Source: an uncultured cyanobacterium (lineage in GTDB: Bacteria > Cyanobacteriota > Cyanobacteriia > Cyanobacteriales > Cyanobacteriaceae). From it: DNA of 64,000 bases. The notes below the pieces were generated by a model, which worked only from the letters and a program-made list of their open reading frames with translations, searched no databases and was not told the origin of the DNA. The position numbers and the translations under genes were made by a program. This document shows, one piece after another, positions 11,195 through 19,904 of this stretch; position 1 is the first letter of the stretch; each line of letters starts with the position of its first letter. The stretch covers positions 672,001-736,000 of the forward strand of contig CAVVOP010000021.1 of NCBI GenBank assembly GCA_963749915.1. The letters run 5' to 3'.

Positions 11195-11834
11195 AGACAG
11201 AAAGCATAAGTTGTTGATTGGTGACTCGTTTAATTTGTCTGGGATCATGACTAGTCCAGATACAAGCCCTTCGGGAATCTTGGTCTAACCATGTGGCGAT
11301 GGCTAACTCCACTTGTTTTGTTGTTTCTGGATCTAAAGATGCCGTGCATTCATCTAATAATAAAACCATCGGTTCAAGTTGTAACCCCCGTATTAGTGCC
11401 ATAATTTGACTTTCTCCTCCGGATAAACTGGTAGCCTGTTTTTGAAGAAATTCTGGGGGACGCTTGAATATATCAAGTAGAGTCACAATTCGGTTGCCAT
11501 CGAAATGTCGATGACGGTGGACAGCTAGTTGATAAACGGCTTTCAAATTAGTTTCAACAGTTCCCTCAAACATAATCGGTTGTTGATGTAAATACATAAC
11601 TTGGGAACGGTACAGAGGCAGATTCCAAGCGGACAAGGGGCGATCCTGATAATTAATTTCTCCTTGATCTAAGGGATCAAGTCCGGCGATAGCTCTCAAA
11701 AGTAGGCTTTTGCCTGTTCCCGTAGCACCAATTAATCCTAACTGTGCTCCAGCAACTAAGGTAAAGGAGAGATCTCGCCATAACCAGCGAGAATCAATTT
11801 TACGCCCGATTTTTATGCCCTGAAGAGTGACCAT
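11184..11834 (-). CDS. fetA: ABC transporter ATP-binding protein, FetA-like
   Basis: Walker A GATGTGKS, LSGGE, LLLDE, SHD; overlaps fetB. Confidence 0.85.
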   Translation of the reverse strand: MVTLQGIKIGRKIDSRWLWRDLSFTLVAGAQLGLIGATGTGKSLLLRAIAGLDPLDQGEINYQDRPLSAWNLPLYRSQVMYLHQQPIMFEGTVETNLKAVYQLAVHRHRHFDGNRIVTLLDIFKRPPEFLQKQATSLSGGESQIMALIRGLQLEPMVLLLDECTASLDPETTKQVELAIATWLDQDSRRACIWTSHDPRQIKRVTNQQLMLSVYVG

Positions 11835-12238
11835 TTGTCTTAATTACGTGTTTAAAAATATAAAATTTGCCAATAATTGATTGTATTTTTTAGTAAAATT
11901 TGATGAAAATTAATTTCGTTAATTATAATAAATTATAGACTATAATAATAACAAAAATCAAGAAGAAAAATTCATATTATCAAGGGTAAAATATGAATAC
12001 TAAATGTTAAAGCTTAGGATAAAATACTATTTGTAAAAGAGTTATTTTTTAGTTAATAAATAGGTTTAAACAACTATATTTATAGTACTTATAAATCGAT
12101 ATTTTATTGTTATTGTTGCCAATTTAATTAGGAAAAATTCTTAACCTATTCTTAATATTAAACTTTTTTTATAAAACAGTTGCAAATATTAAATATCTGT
12201 GATATCCTGAGACACAATTAACATTTTTAAAGATAATT

Positions 12239-14647
12239 ATGGTTCAATCTTTACAAAAACCAAATACAAGTATTTTGGCTGAAGATGAGTTACAGAAAAT
12301 TAACGCTTATTGGCGTGCATGTAACTATTTAGCCGTGGGGATGATTTATCTACGAGACAATCCCTTACTGAAGGAATCTTTAAAGCCCGAACATATCAAG
12401 TATCGTTTATTAGGTCACTGGGGATCTAGTCCAGGTTTAAGTTTTGTTTATGTGCATCTTAACCGCTTGATTAAGAAATACGATCTTAACATGATATATC
12501 TAGCTGGTCCTGGTCATGGTGCCCCTGGTATTCTTGGTCCAGTTTATCTTGAAAATACCTATTCAGAAATTTACCCTGATAAAAGCCAAGATGAAGAAGG
12601 AATGCGCAAGTTTTTTAAACAGTTTTCCTTCCCTGGTCATATCGGTAGTCATGTAACCCCGGAAACTCCCGGATCAATCCATGAAGGTGGTGAGTTGGGT
12701 TATAGTTTATCCCATGGTTACGGTTCAATTTTAGATAATCCGGATCTCATTTCTGTGGTAATGGTGGGTGATGGTGAATCAGAAACAGGACCTTTAGCCA
12801 CTTCTTGGCATTCTAATAAGTTTATTAACCCTATCCGTGATGGTGCTGTATTACCGATTTTACACCTCAATGGTTATAAAATTGCCAACCCCACGATTCT
12901 CTCTCGTATTTCCCATGAAGAATTAGAAGCGCTTTTCATCGGTTATGGTTATGAGCCTTATTTTGTCGAAGGTGATGATCCCATGACAATGCACGAAAAA
13001 ATGGCGGCTACCCTTGAAGAATGCGTTAACAAAATTAAGGCAATTCAAGCAGAAGTGCGTAGTAGTGGTGTTCCTAAACGTCCTCGTTGGCCTATGATTG
13101 TCTTTAGGTCTCCTAAAGGTTGGACTGGTCCTAAAAATGTGGATGGGCATAAAGTGGAAGGTTTTTGGCGATCGCATCAAGTTCCCATGGGTGAAATGCA
13201 CAGTAATCCTGAACACGTCCAATTGTTGGAACAATGGATGAAAAGCTATAAACCCGAAGAATTATTCGACGAAAATGGTCGTTTAATCCCCGAATTAGCA
13301 GAATTAGCACCCGTTGGCGATCGCCGTATGAGTGCCAACCCCATTACGAACGGTGGTTTACTGCGTAAAGACTTAAACTTGCCGGATTTTCGAGATCCTG
13401 CCTATGCTATACCTGTGGACGAACCGGGTAAAATTGAGGTAGAAAATACTAAAATTATGGGGATCTTTTTACGAGATGTTATGGCTCGTAATATGACCAG
13501 TTTTCGAGTATTTGGTCCTGATGAAACCGCTTCCAACCGTTTAAATCCCATTTATGCCGTATCGAAAAAAGTCTGGATGGCGGATTATTTACCCGAAGAT
13601 GCAGACGGCGGCGAACTTTCCCCTGATGGTCGTGTCATGGAAATGTTGAGCGAACACACCTTAGAAGGATGGTTAGAAACCTATCTTTTAACCGGCAGAC
13701 ATGGTTTATTCCATACTTACGAAGCCTTTGCCCATGTTATCGATTCTATGTTCAACCAACACGCAAAATGGTTAGATATTTCTAAAAATCATGTGCCTTG
13801 GCGTGCACCTGTTTCCTCCTTAAATATTTTACTGTCATCTACCGTCTGGCGACAAGATCATAACGGTTTTTCTCACCAGGATCCGGGCTTTGTGGATCTG
13901 GTAACCAATAAAAGTGCAGATGTAACCCGTGTTTATTTCCCACCAGATGCCAACTGTTTATTAAGCGTCATTGATCATTGTTTACGCAGTAAAGACTATG
14001 TAAACGTCATCATTGCCGATAAACAAAACCATTTACAGTACTTAAATATCGATGATGCCGTCAAACACTGTACTAAAGGGATCGGTATTTGGGAATGGGC
14101 GAGTAACGATGATCAAGGGGTGTTACCTGATGAGCCAGATGTAATTATGGCTTGTTGCGGTGATGTACCGACCATGGAATCTTTAGCAGCGACAGAAATT
14201 CTACGCAAAGAATGTCCTGAGTTGAAAGTGCGTTTTATCAACGTGGTGGATATTTTTAAGTTACAAGATGAAAATGAGCATCCCCACGGCTTATCTCACC
14301 GAGATTTTGTTACCCTATTTACTGAAGATAAACCGATTATTTTCAACTTCCACGGCTATCCTTGGTTAATCCATAAATTAGCCTATCGTCATCCCAATGC
14401 TAACCGTCTCCACGTGCGCGGTTACAAGGAAGAAGGCAACATTAACACTCCTTTAGAGTTAGCCATTAAAAATCAAGTGGATCGTTTTAATCTCGTTATC
14501 GATGTAATCGATCGTGTCCCCAGTCTCGGATCTCGTGCTGCATACTTAAAAGAGCGTATGAAAAACGAAATTATTGAAAACCTCAACTATGCACATACTC
14601 AAGGTATTGATAAAGAGGAAATTACTAACTGGAAATGGAATGGCTAG
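12239..14647 (+). CDS. xfp: Xylulose-5-P/fructose-6-P phosphoketolase
   Basis: [42 protein letters not shown]. Confidence 0.97.
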   Translation: MVQSLQKPNTSILAEDELQKINAYWRACNYLAVGMIYLRDNPLLKESLKPEHIKYRLLGHWGSSPGLSFVYVHLNRLIKKYDLNMIYLAGPGHGAPGILGPVYLENTYSEIYPDKSQDEEGMRKFFKQFSFPGHIGSHVTPETPGSIHEGGELGYSLSHGYGSILDNPDLISVVMVGDGESETGPLATSWHSNKFINPIRDGAVLPILHLNGYKIANPTILSRISHEELEALFIGYGYEPYFVEGDDPMTMHEKMAATLEECVNKIKAIQAEVRSSGVPKRPRWPMIVFRSPKGWTGPKNVDGHKVEGFWRSHQVPMGEMHSNPEHVQLLEQWMKSYKPEELFDENGRLIPELAELAPVGDRRMSANPITNGGLLRKDLNLPDFRDPAYAIPVDEPGKIEVENTKIMGIFLRDVMARNMTSFRVFGPDETASNRLNPIYAVSKKVWMADYLPEDADGGELSPDGRVMEMLSEHTLEGWLETYLLTGRHGLFHTYEAFAHVIDSMFNQHAKWLDISKNHVPWRAPVSSLNILLSSTVWRQDHNGFSHQDPGFVDLVTNKSADVTRVYFPPDANCLLSVIDHCLRSKDYVNVIIADKQNHLQYLNIDDAVKHCTKGIGIWEWASNDDQGVLPDEPDVIMACCGDVPTMESLAATEILRKECPELKVRFINVVDIFKLQDENEHPHGLSHRDFVTLFTEDKPIIFNFHGYPWLIHKLAYRHPNANRLHVRGYKEEGNINTPLELAIKNQVDRFNLVIDVIDRVPSLGSRAAYLKERMKNEIIENLNYAHTQGIDKEEITNWKWNG

Positions 14648-14863
14648 TTGACAATTAACAATTAACAATTAATTAACAATCCCGTTGTTGAAGAGAAAGC
14701 ATAACCCACAGTATTTTGGTGTTTGGGAAACCAAAGGCTGACGCTGGGTTAAATGGCGGTAACTGATAGCCTAAAAAAGGGGAATCCCGTCTAGCAGACT
14801 GACCACGAGTAGGAAGACGAACTCTTATCTGAACCATGGTCACCACGAAATAGCTAAATAGGC

Positions 14864-14989
14864 CAGGGCAAACGCATCTAAATTCTGTAAGCCTTGCCCA
14901 GCAAGGATTTGAAATTTTAATCACAAAACAAAATAATGGCTGAAACCTTTGTCCACTAAGCCTTCTAAAAATAAGATGCGTTTGCCCTG
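14864..14989. mobile_element. 126-bp MITE (IS4-like ends) with 10-bp target duplication
   Basis: TIR cagggcaaacgcatct / agatgcgtttgccctg; ctaaataggc on both sides; same end recurs at 27600-27615. Confidence 0.88.
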
Positions 14990-15026
14990 CTAAATAGGCT
15001 GACAAGCTATACCAAAAGGTAAAAGT

Positions 15027-15266
15027 CTAAACCGGATTTCCGGCACTTTGAAACTCCTCAATGAGTCGATTGATGTTTTCAAATTGTTCATTTCTGTGAG
15101 GGTTACTGCCTGTAGCTTTTGTTTTCTGTGCCCGACGACGACGAAATTTATGCTGCTCTAGTAATTGGTCGATTACGGTTACACTAACTTTCATGTTTTC
15201 TTCATTCCATAGTAAATCAGCTATTTGCTGACAAGTTAAATAAGTCCATCTAATCTCTTCATCCAA
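15027..15266 (-). pseudogene. ISAzo13 family transposase internal fragment
   Basis: IRWTYLT..QKTKATGSNPHRNEQFENI..GNPV. Confidence 0.75.
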
Positions 15267-15299
15267 TGGACTAGAACGAAAGACCCAGAAGGAAAAGGA

Positions 15300-15405
15300 T
15301 GGTTTAAGGAAAGATTTTTACAGAGAGAAAGACTCTCAAAGGGGGAATAGTAAAGTGAGTTGTTCTCAAAATGAAAGACAAAGTTTTCATATTAGATTAT
15401 TGAAC
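15300..15405 (+). pseudogene. 3' remnant paralogous to ORF 18748-19110
   Basis: RKDFYREKDSQR..VSCSQNERQSFHIR versus RRDFYGEDESQRVTCSQNERQSVRIR. Confidence 0.65.
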
Positions 15406-15473
15406 TTTAGTCCTGAATACATAACCCTTTCAGAAAACTTTTTTTCTACCAAATCTGCCAATGGAAAGGCAAA

Positions 15474-16030
15474 TCTAACTTTTCACGGCATCTTTTTCGG
15501 TTGACAGGTGTTAGGTGTTAGGGGTTGGGTGTTAGGATTAGGGATTGAGGATAAGCTTTAATAGTTGAACAGTCAAAAAAAACACTTAGAAACTGATGGG
15601 AATACAATCCTATAGAGACTTAAAGGTTTGGCAAACAGGCATGGATTTAGCAGAAGAATGCTACTTAGTTACTCGCAATTTCCCCAAAGAAGAACTTTAC
15701 GGGTTAATTTCTCAGATTCGTCGAGCATCAGCCTCTATTCCCGCCAATGTCGCTGAGGGGCATGGTCGAAAAACCCGAAAAGAATATATACAGTTTTTAT
15801 ACATAGCACAAGGCTCTCTTAAAGAATTAGAAACTCATCTTTTATTGTCGAAAAGGGTAAAGTTAGGAGAGGGGAAAGTCATTGATTCTCTTTTAAATAG
15901 ATGTGAATCCCTCGGAAGATTATTATCAGCATTGATTCGTGCCCTCGAAAACAAAAACTGAATTTTCCCTATCACCCAACCCCTAACACCCAAACCCTTT
16001 CTCAGGGAAAAGATACCGTGAAAAGTCAGA
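15474..16030. mobile_element. 557-bp TIR element carrying a four-helix-bundle gene
   Basis: 23-bp TIRs (21/23) tctaacttttcacggcatctttt / aaaagataccgtgaaaagtcaga; 8-bp TSD aaggcaaa; empty sites in three downstream repeats. Confidence 0.85.
15596..15961 (+). CDS. Four helix bundle protein (23S rRNA IVP family)
   Basis: SYRDLKVWQ, FPKEELYGLISQIRRASASIPANVAEG, AQGSLKELETHL. Confidence 0.92.
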   Translation: MGIQSYRDLKVWQTGMDLAEECYLVTRNFPKEELYGLISQIRRASASIPANVAEGHGRKTRKEYIQFLYIAQGSLKELETHLLLSKRVKLGEGKVIDSLLNRCESLGRLLSALIRALENKN

Positions 16031-16071
16031 AAGGCAAATTAGTCCTGGAGTTAGAATTTTAATTTTATCGG

Positions 16072-16100
16072 GGAACTTTTTGCCAGACTTGTGAGTCCAA
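16072..16100 (+). promoter_or_regulatory. Putative ECF sigma promoter GGAACTT-N16-GTCCAA
   Basis: Matches sigmaE-type consensus; boxes conserved in 4 copies while spacers diverge. Confidence 0.6.
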
Positions 16101-16153
16101 ACAATAAATCAATTTAATTCTCCCTAAAAAAAAGAGGAGAAAAGGAAAAAACA

Positions 16154-16543
16154 ATGAAAAACTTATTTATCGCTTCGGGTTTAACTTTAGTTACCGCTTT
16201 GACTATGTCAACTTCTAGCGTATTGGGACAAACACAAATTGATACTGGTACAAAGGCACCAGCACCTGTAACTACTGGAGTAGGGGGTGATGATGGCACA
16301 GTGATCGAATCCGACATGGTCACCATTGTCACTGGAGATGGAAACCGCTCAACTCAAAGAGTTAATATCACTAGCTCCAGACAACGCTATTTTGACGCTC
16401 CGGGCAACGATGGAACCGTAATCCGTAGCTACGTTGATTGTGATGTTATGGGTAACGATAATGTCTGTGAACAATATAAAGTAATCAAGACTACCACGGT
16501 AAGAGGACAAAGACCCGTCAGAACTGACCGCAATAACCGTTAA
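16154..16543 (+). CDS. Secreted small protein with two curlin-like repeats, copy 1
   Basis: Signal peptide MKNLFIASGLTLVTAL..VLG-Q; repeats DGTVIESDMVTIVTGDGNRSTQ / DGTVIRSYVDCDVMGNDNVCEQ. Confidence 0.85.
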   Translation: MKNLFIASGLTLVTALTMSTSSVLGQTQIDTGTKAPAPVTTGVGGDDGTVIESDMVTIVTGDGNRSTQRVNITSSRQRYFDAPGNDGTVIRSYVDCDVMGNDNVCEQYKVIKTTTVRGQRPVRTDRNNR

Positions 16544-16711
16544 TTCCATAAATAAATGTCGGTAGAGGGAAAACTTTTTTTGTCAAGGGCATAAATGGCC
16601 TCTTTGACTCTAATTCCGAAAGACATCGACCTTTGGGAAAACTTTTCTCTCTGCTGAATCTGCCAATGGAAAGGCAAATTAGTCCTGAAATTAAAATTTT
16701 AATTTTCTGGG

Positions 16712-16740
16712 GGAACTTTTTGCCTTATGGGTAAGTCTGA
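16712..16740 (+). promoter_or_regulatory. Putative ECF sigma promoter GGAACTT-N16-GTCTGA
   Basis: sigmaE/AlgU-like boxes ~55 bp before ATG. Confidence 0.6.
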
Positions 16741-16794
16741 ACAACAAATCAATTTGATTCTCCATGTAAAAAAATAGGAAACAAAGAAAAAACA

Positions 16795-17199
16795 ATGAAA
16801 AACTTATTTATCGCTTCTGGTTTAGCCCTAGTTACTGCTCTTAGTCTGTCAACCCCTAGCGTACTAGGACAAACGGGAGGAAGTGATCCAGTGATGAAAC
16901 CCGAGGTCATGAACCCCGACCCCGACATGGGAAGAACAGGAGGAGATGATGGCACAGTGATCGAATCCGACATGGTCACTATTATCACTGGAGATGGAAA
17001 CCGCTCAACTCAAAGAGTTAATATCACTAGCTCCAGACAACGCTATTTTGACGCTCCGGGCAACGATGGAACCGTAATCCGTAGCTACGTTGATTGTGAT
17101 GTTATGGGTAACGATAATGTCTGTGAACAATATAAAGTAATCAAGACTACCACGGTAAGAGGACAAAGACCCGTCAGAACTGACCGCAATAACCGTTAA
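16795..17199 (+). CDS. Secreted small protein with two curlin-like repeats, copy 2
   Basis: Signal peptide; repeat domain near-identical to copy 1, different linker. Confidence 0.85.
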   Translation: MKNLFIASGLALVTALSLSTPSVLGQTGGSDPVMKPEVMNPDPDMGRTGGDDGTVIESDMVTIITGDGNRSTQRVNITSSRQRYFDAPGNDGTVIRSYVDCDVMGNDNVCEQYKVIKTTTVRGQRPVRTDRNNR

Positions 17200-17367
17200 T
17201 TCCATAAATAAATGTCGGTAGAGGGAAAACTTTTTTTGTCAAGGGCATAAATGGCCTCTTTGACTCTAATTCCGAAAGACATCGACCTTTGGGAAAACTT
17301 TTCTCTCTACTGAATCTGCCAATGGAAAGGCAAATTAGTCCTGAAATTAAAATTTTAATTTTCTGGG

Positions 17368-17396
17368 GGAACTTTTTGCCTTATGGGTAAGTCTGA
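17368..17396 (+). promoter_or_regulatory. Putative ECF sigma promoter GGAACTT-N16-GTCTGA
   Basis: Same as 16712-16740. Confidence 0.6.
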
Positions 17397-17450
17397 ACAA
17401 CAAATCAATTTGATTCTCCATGTAAAAAAATAGGAAACAAAGAAAAAACA

Positions 17451-17855
17451 ATGAAAAACTTATTTATCGCTTCTGGTTTAGCCCTAGTTACCGCTCTTAG
17501 TCTGTCAACCCCTAGCGTACTAGGACAAACGGGAGGAAGTGATCCAGTGATGAAACCCGAGGTCATGAACCCCGACCCCGACATGGGAAGAACAGGAGGA
17601 GATGATGGCACAGTGATCGAATCCGACATGGTCACTATTATCACTGGAGATGGAAACCGCTCAACTCAAAGAGTTAATATCACTAGCTCCAGACAACGCT
17701 ATTTTGACGCTCCGGGCAACGATGGAACCGTAATCCGTAGCTACGTTGATTGTGATGTTATGGGTAACGATAATGTCTGTGAACAATATAAAGTAATCAA
17801 GACTACCACGGTAAGAGGACAAAGACCCGTCAGAACTGACCGCAATAACCGTTAA
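17451..17855 (+). CDS. Secreted small protein with two curlin-like repeats, copy 3
   Basis: Protein identical to copy 2. Confidence 0.85.
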   Translation: MKNLFIASGLALVTALSLSTPSVLGQTGGSDPVMKPEVMNPDPDMGRTGGDDGTVIESDMVTIITGDGNRSTQRVNITSSRQRYFDAPGNDGTVIRSYVDCDVMGNDNVCEQYKVIKTTTVRGQRPVRTDRNNR

Positions 17856-18023
17856 TTCCATAAATAAATGTCGGTAGAGGGAAAACTTTTTTTGTCAAGG
17901 GCATAAATGGCCTCTTTGACTCTAATTCCGAAAGACATCGACCTTTGGGAAAACTTTTCTCTCTACTGAATCTGCCAATGGAAAGGCAAATTAGTCCTGA
18001 AATTAAAATTTTAATTTTCCAGA

Positions 18024-18052
18024 GGAACTTTTTACCTTATTTGTAAGTCTAA
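18024..18052 (+). promoter_or_regulatory. Putative ECF sigma promoter GGAACTT-N16-GTCTAA
   Basis: Fourth copy, diverged spacer, upstream of 18285. Confidence 0.55.
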
Positions 18053-18061
18053 CAATCAATA

Positions 18062-18243
18062 GGGCCTGCTGAACAAGTCCAAAATCCTTATAGGGAAAGG
18101 CTGTTAAAAAACGCCGCAAAATAGGATTTTCGGGAAAAAACGGACACTCAACACCAATTTATTTAGTAAAACACCAAAATTAAAAGGCATCAAAACTGTC
18201 TTCTATTCACCGTTTCCATGATAACACTTTTTTCAGCGACCGC
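18062..18243. mobile_element. MITE inserted in leader of ORF 18285
   Basis: Imperfect TIR gggcctgctgaa / ttcagcgaccgc flanked by TA; absent from the three homologous leaders. Confidence 0.6.
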
Positions 18244-18284
18244 TAAATAAATTTAATTCTCCATCCAAAAAAAAATAGCAGAGT

Positions 18285-18734
18285 ATGAACATGAATAAAA
18301 AAAAATTAACTCCATTTATTAGTATCCCCTTTATGGTAATGGGGATAAGTTCTTTCCTCCCACCTTCGGCTTTAGCACAAGGTTTAAGGCCGGGTAATAT
18401 TATTGTTACCCCTGATATCTGTGTTAATACTACGGGGGGGACTTGTACAAGTGGTACAATCATTGTCGATGATGGTACTTGTAAAAGAAATGTGGTTGTA
18501 CAATCTTCCGTTATTACGGCTACAGGGGACAGTAAAACGGATGCACGATCAACAAAGATTGTCAGTATCGGCGGTTGTGTTTCCGATGATGATGGTTCGA
18601 CTGCAACGGTAATTGCTAATCCTCAAATTATGGTCACACCAAGAAAACCATCGGTGATAGTACCACCAAAATCGCCGACTCCACCAACTATGGTCAGCCC
18701 TGAGGATGTTATGCCTCGTAATATGCCCCGCTAA
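18285..18734 (+). CDS. Secreted Cys-containing protein with Pro-rich tail
   Basis: Signal peptide ending PSALA-Q; 4 Cys; VVVQSSVITATGDS repeat-like segment. Confidence 0.75.
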   Translation: MNMNKKKLTPFISIPFMVMGISSFLPPSALAQGLRPGNIIVTPDICVNTTGGTCTSGTIIVDDGTCKRNVVVQSSVITATGDSKTDARSTKIVSIGGCVSDDDGSTATVIANPQIMVTPRKPSVIVPPKSPTPPTMVSPEDVMPRNMPR

Positions 18735-18747
18735 TGAGAAAATAATT

Positions 18748-19110
18748 ATGATACCGATAAAATCTCTAATTTTGGGAACGACTTTACTGGGATTGACTTG
18801 TTTAAATGTCAATGCTCAGATTAGAGTACAGTCTCCTAATAGTGGTATCAAAACTCATCCCTCTGGTGGGATGAATATTTATACTCCTAACTCGGCTGTA
18901 GATTTTCAGGGCGATCGCATAATTATCAGAAATGGAGATAATTTTTATTTTCATCCCAACAACCATCATCCAAGGAGTAATACAAGGAGAGATTTTTATG
19001 GAGAGGACGAGTCTCAAAGAGTGACTTGTTCCCAAAATGAAAGACAAAGTGTTCGTATTAGGGGATCTAATCAGCGAGTACAACAACGTATTTACTCTGA
19101 TTGTGAATAA
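18748..19110 (+). CDS. Secreted hypothetical protein
   Basis: Signal peptide MIPIKSLILG..VNA-Q; C-terminal CSQNERQSVRIRGSNQRVQQRIYSDC. Confidence 0.75.
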   Translation: MIPIKSLILGTTLLGLTCLNVNAQIRVQSPNSGIKTHPSGGMNIYTPNSAVDFQGDRIIIRNGDNFYFHPNNHHPRSNTRRDFYGEDESQRVTCSQNERQSVRIRGSNQRVQQRIYSDCE

Positions 19111-19152
19111 TATTCTTAATAATAAAGTGCTTATCTGAAGAGGTTAATTATC

Positions 19153-19635
19153 ATGTTTATTCTTAAATCATATTGGATGCCTAAACCACTCGTGATAAAA
19201 TCGATTGCTGGTGTTTTTCTGTCGTTAAGTCCATTTTTGCATAGTTCCGCCATAGCTCAAAGTACAAATTATCCCTTGATAAGTCAAAATAATGTGGTGC
19301 AACAAACCCAAGAAGATTATATAAATATCAGAGTTGCTGATTTAAGTAAAGTCAACACCCTCACTATCGCCAAAATCAATAATTTGAATGAGGGTAATTT
19401 GACAGGAGAAATAAAAATTAATGGCCAAAAAATTCAGGATCTAAAAGGTAATGAAACTAATATTAATTTATCTCCTCAACTTAAAAAAGGAATAAATAGA
19501 GTGGAGGTAATAGGACAGTATAATCCAGTTAGTTCCTCTGTCAAAATTGAATTTTCTGGTTCTTCCACTTCTATTAGTCAAGTTACTAGCGGTGGTGATG
19601 CATTAAATTATAATCTAGTTATCAGCGTTGAATAA
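19153..19635 (+). CDS. Secreted beta-rich hypothetical protein
   Basis: Signal peptide ending SSAIA-Q; RBS gagg; alternating beta-strand pattern. Confidence 0.8.
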   Translation: MFILKSYWMPKPLVIKSIAGVFLSLSPFLHSSAIAQSTNYPLISQNNVVQQTQEDYINIRVADLSKVNTLTIAKINNLNEGNLTGEIKINGQKIQDLKGNETNINLSPQLKKGINRVEVIGQYNPVSSSVKIEFSGSSTSISQVTSGGDALNYNLVISVE

Positions 19636-19695
19636 TAGTTGTAAAAACTTTATCAAAAAACTTTATCAAACTTATCAAAGTACGAGTTTTTAAAA

Positions 19696-19788
19696 AGGGA
19701 GTTGCATAAAAATAAAATACCAGTTAAAGAAGTTCTAGCCAAAATAGGGTAATAACTTAAATGGTATATTTTTCCGTTGCAAGTCCCT
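19696..19788. mobile_element. Possible small MITE
   Basis: agggagttgca / tgcaagtccct inverted ends. Confidence 0.4.
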
Positions 19789-19904
19789 AATTTTTTTCAG
19801 CATTTATGTTATATTTTTATTGATAATTACAAATTTTGATAAAAGTTAAGCTATCTTTTATGTTTATTATTAGTAATAAAAGATTAATTTAACTATCTTA
19901 CGCT

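Larger units (their letters stand above)
16286..18050 (+). repeat. Tandem repeat, 656-bp period, ~2.7 copies
   Basis: Gene starts 16795 and 17451 are 656 bp apart; near-identical with a few SNPs. Confidence 0.95.

Noticed and set aside
14673..15005. 110-aa minus-strand ORF
   Set aside because: Reads through a MITE with TSD; likely spurious
15596..15961. Diversity-generating retroelement (Avd-like gene near repeats)
   Set aside because: No reverse transcriptase in the window, and the few repeat differences are not an adenine-specific TR/VR pattern
16660..16725. c-di-GMP-I riboswitch (ggcaaa..gaaa)
   Set aside because: Lacks the downstream GACGCAAA-type core and lies upstream of the predicted promoter
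16286..18050. CRISPR array
   Set aside because: 656-bp gene-containing units, no short repeat-spacer structure, no cas genes
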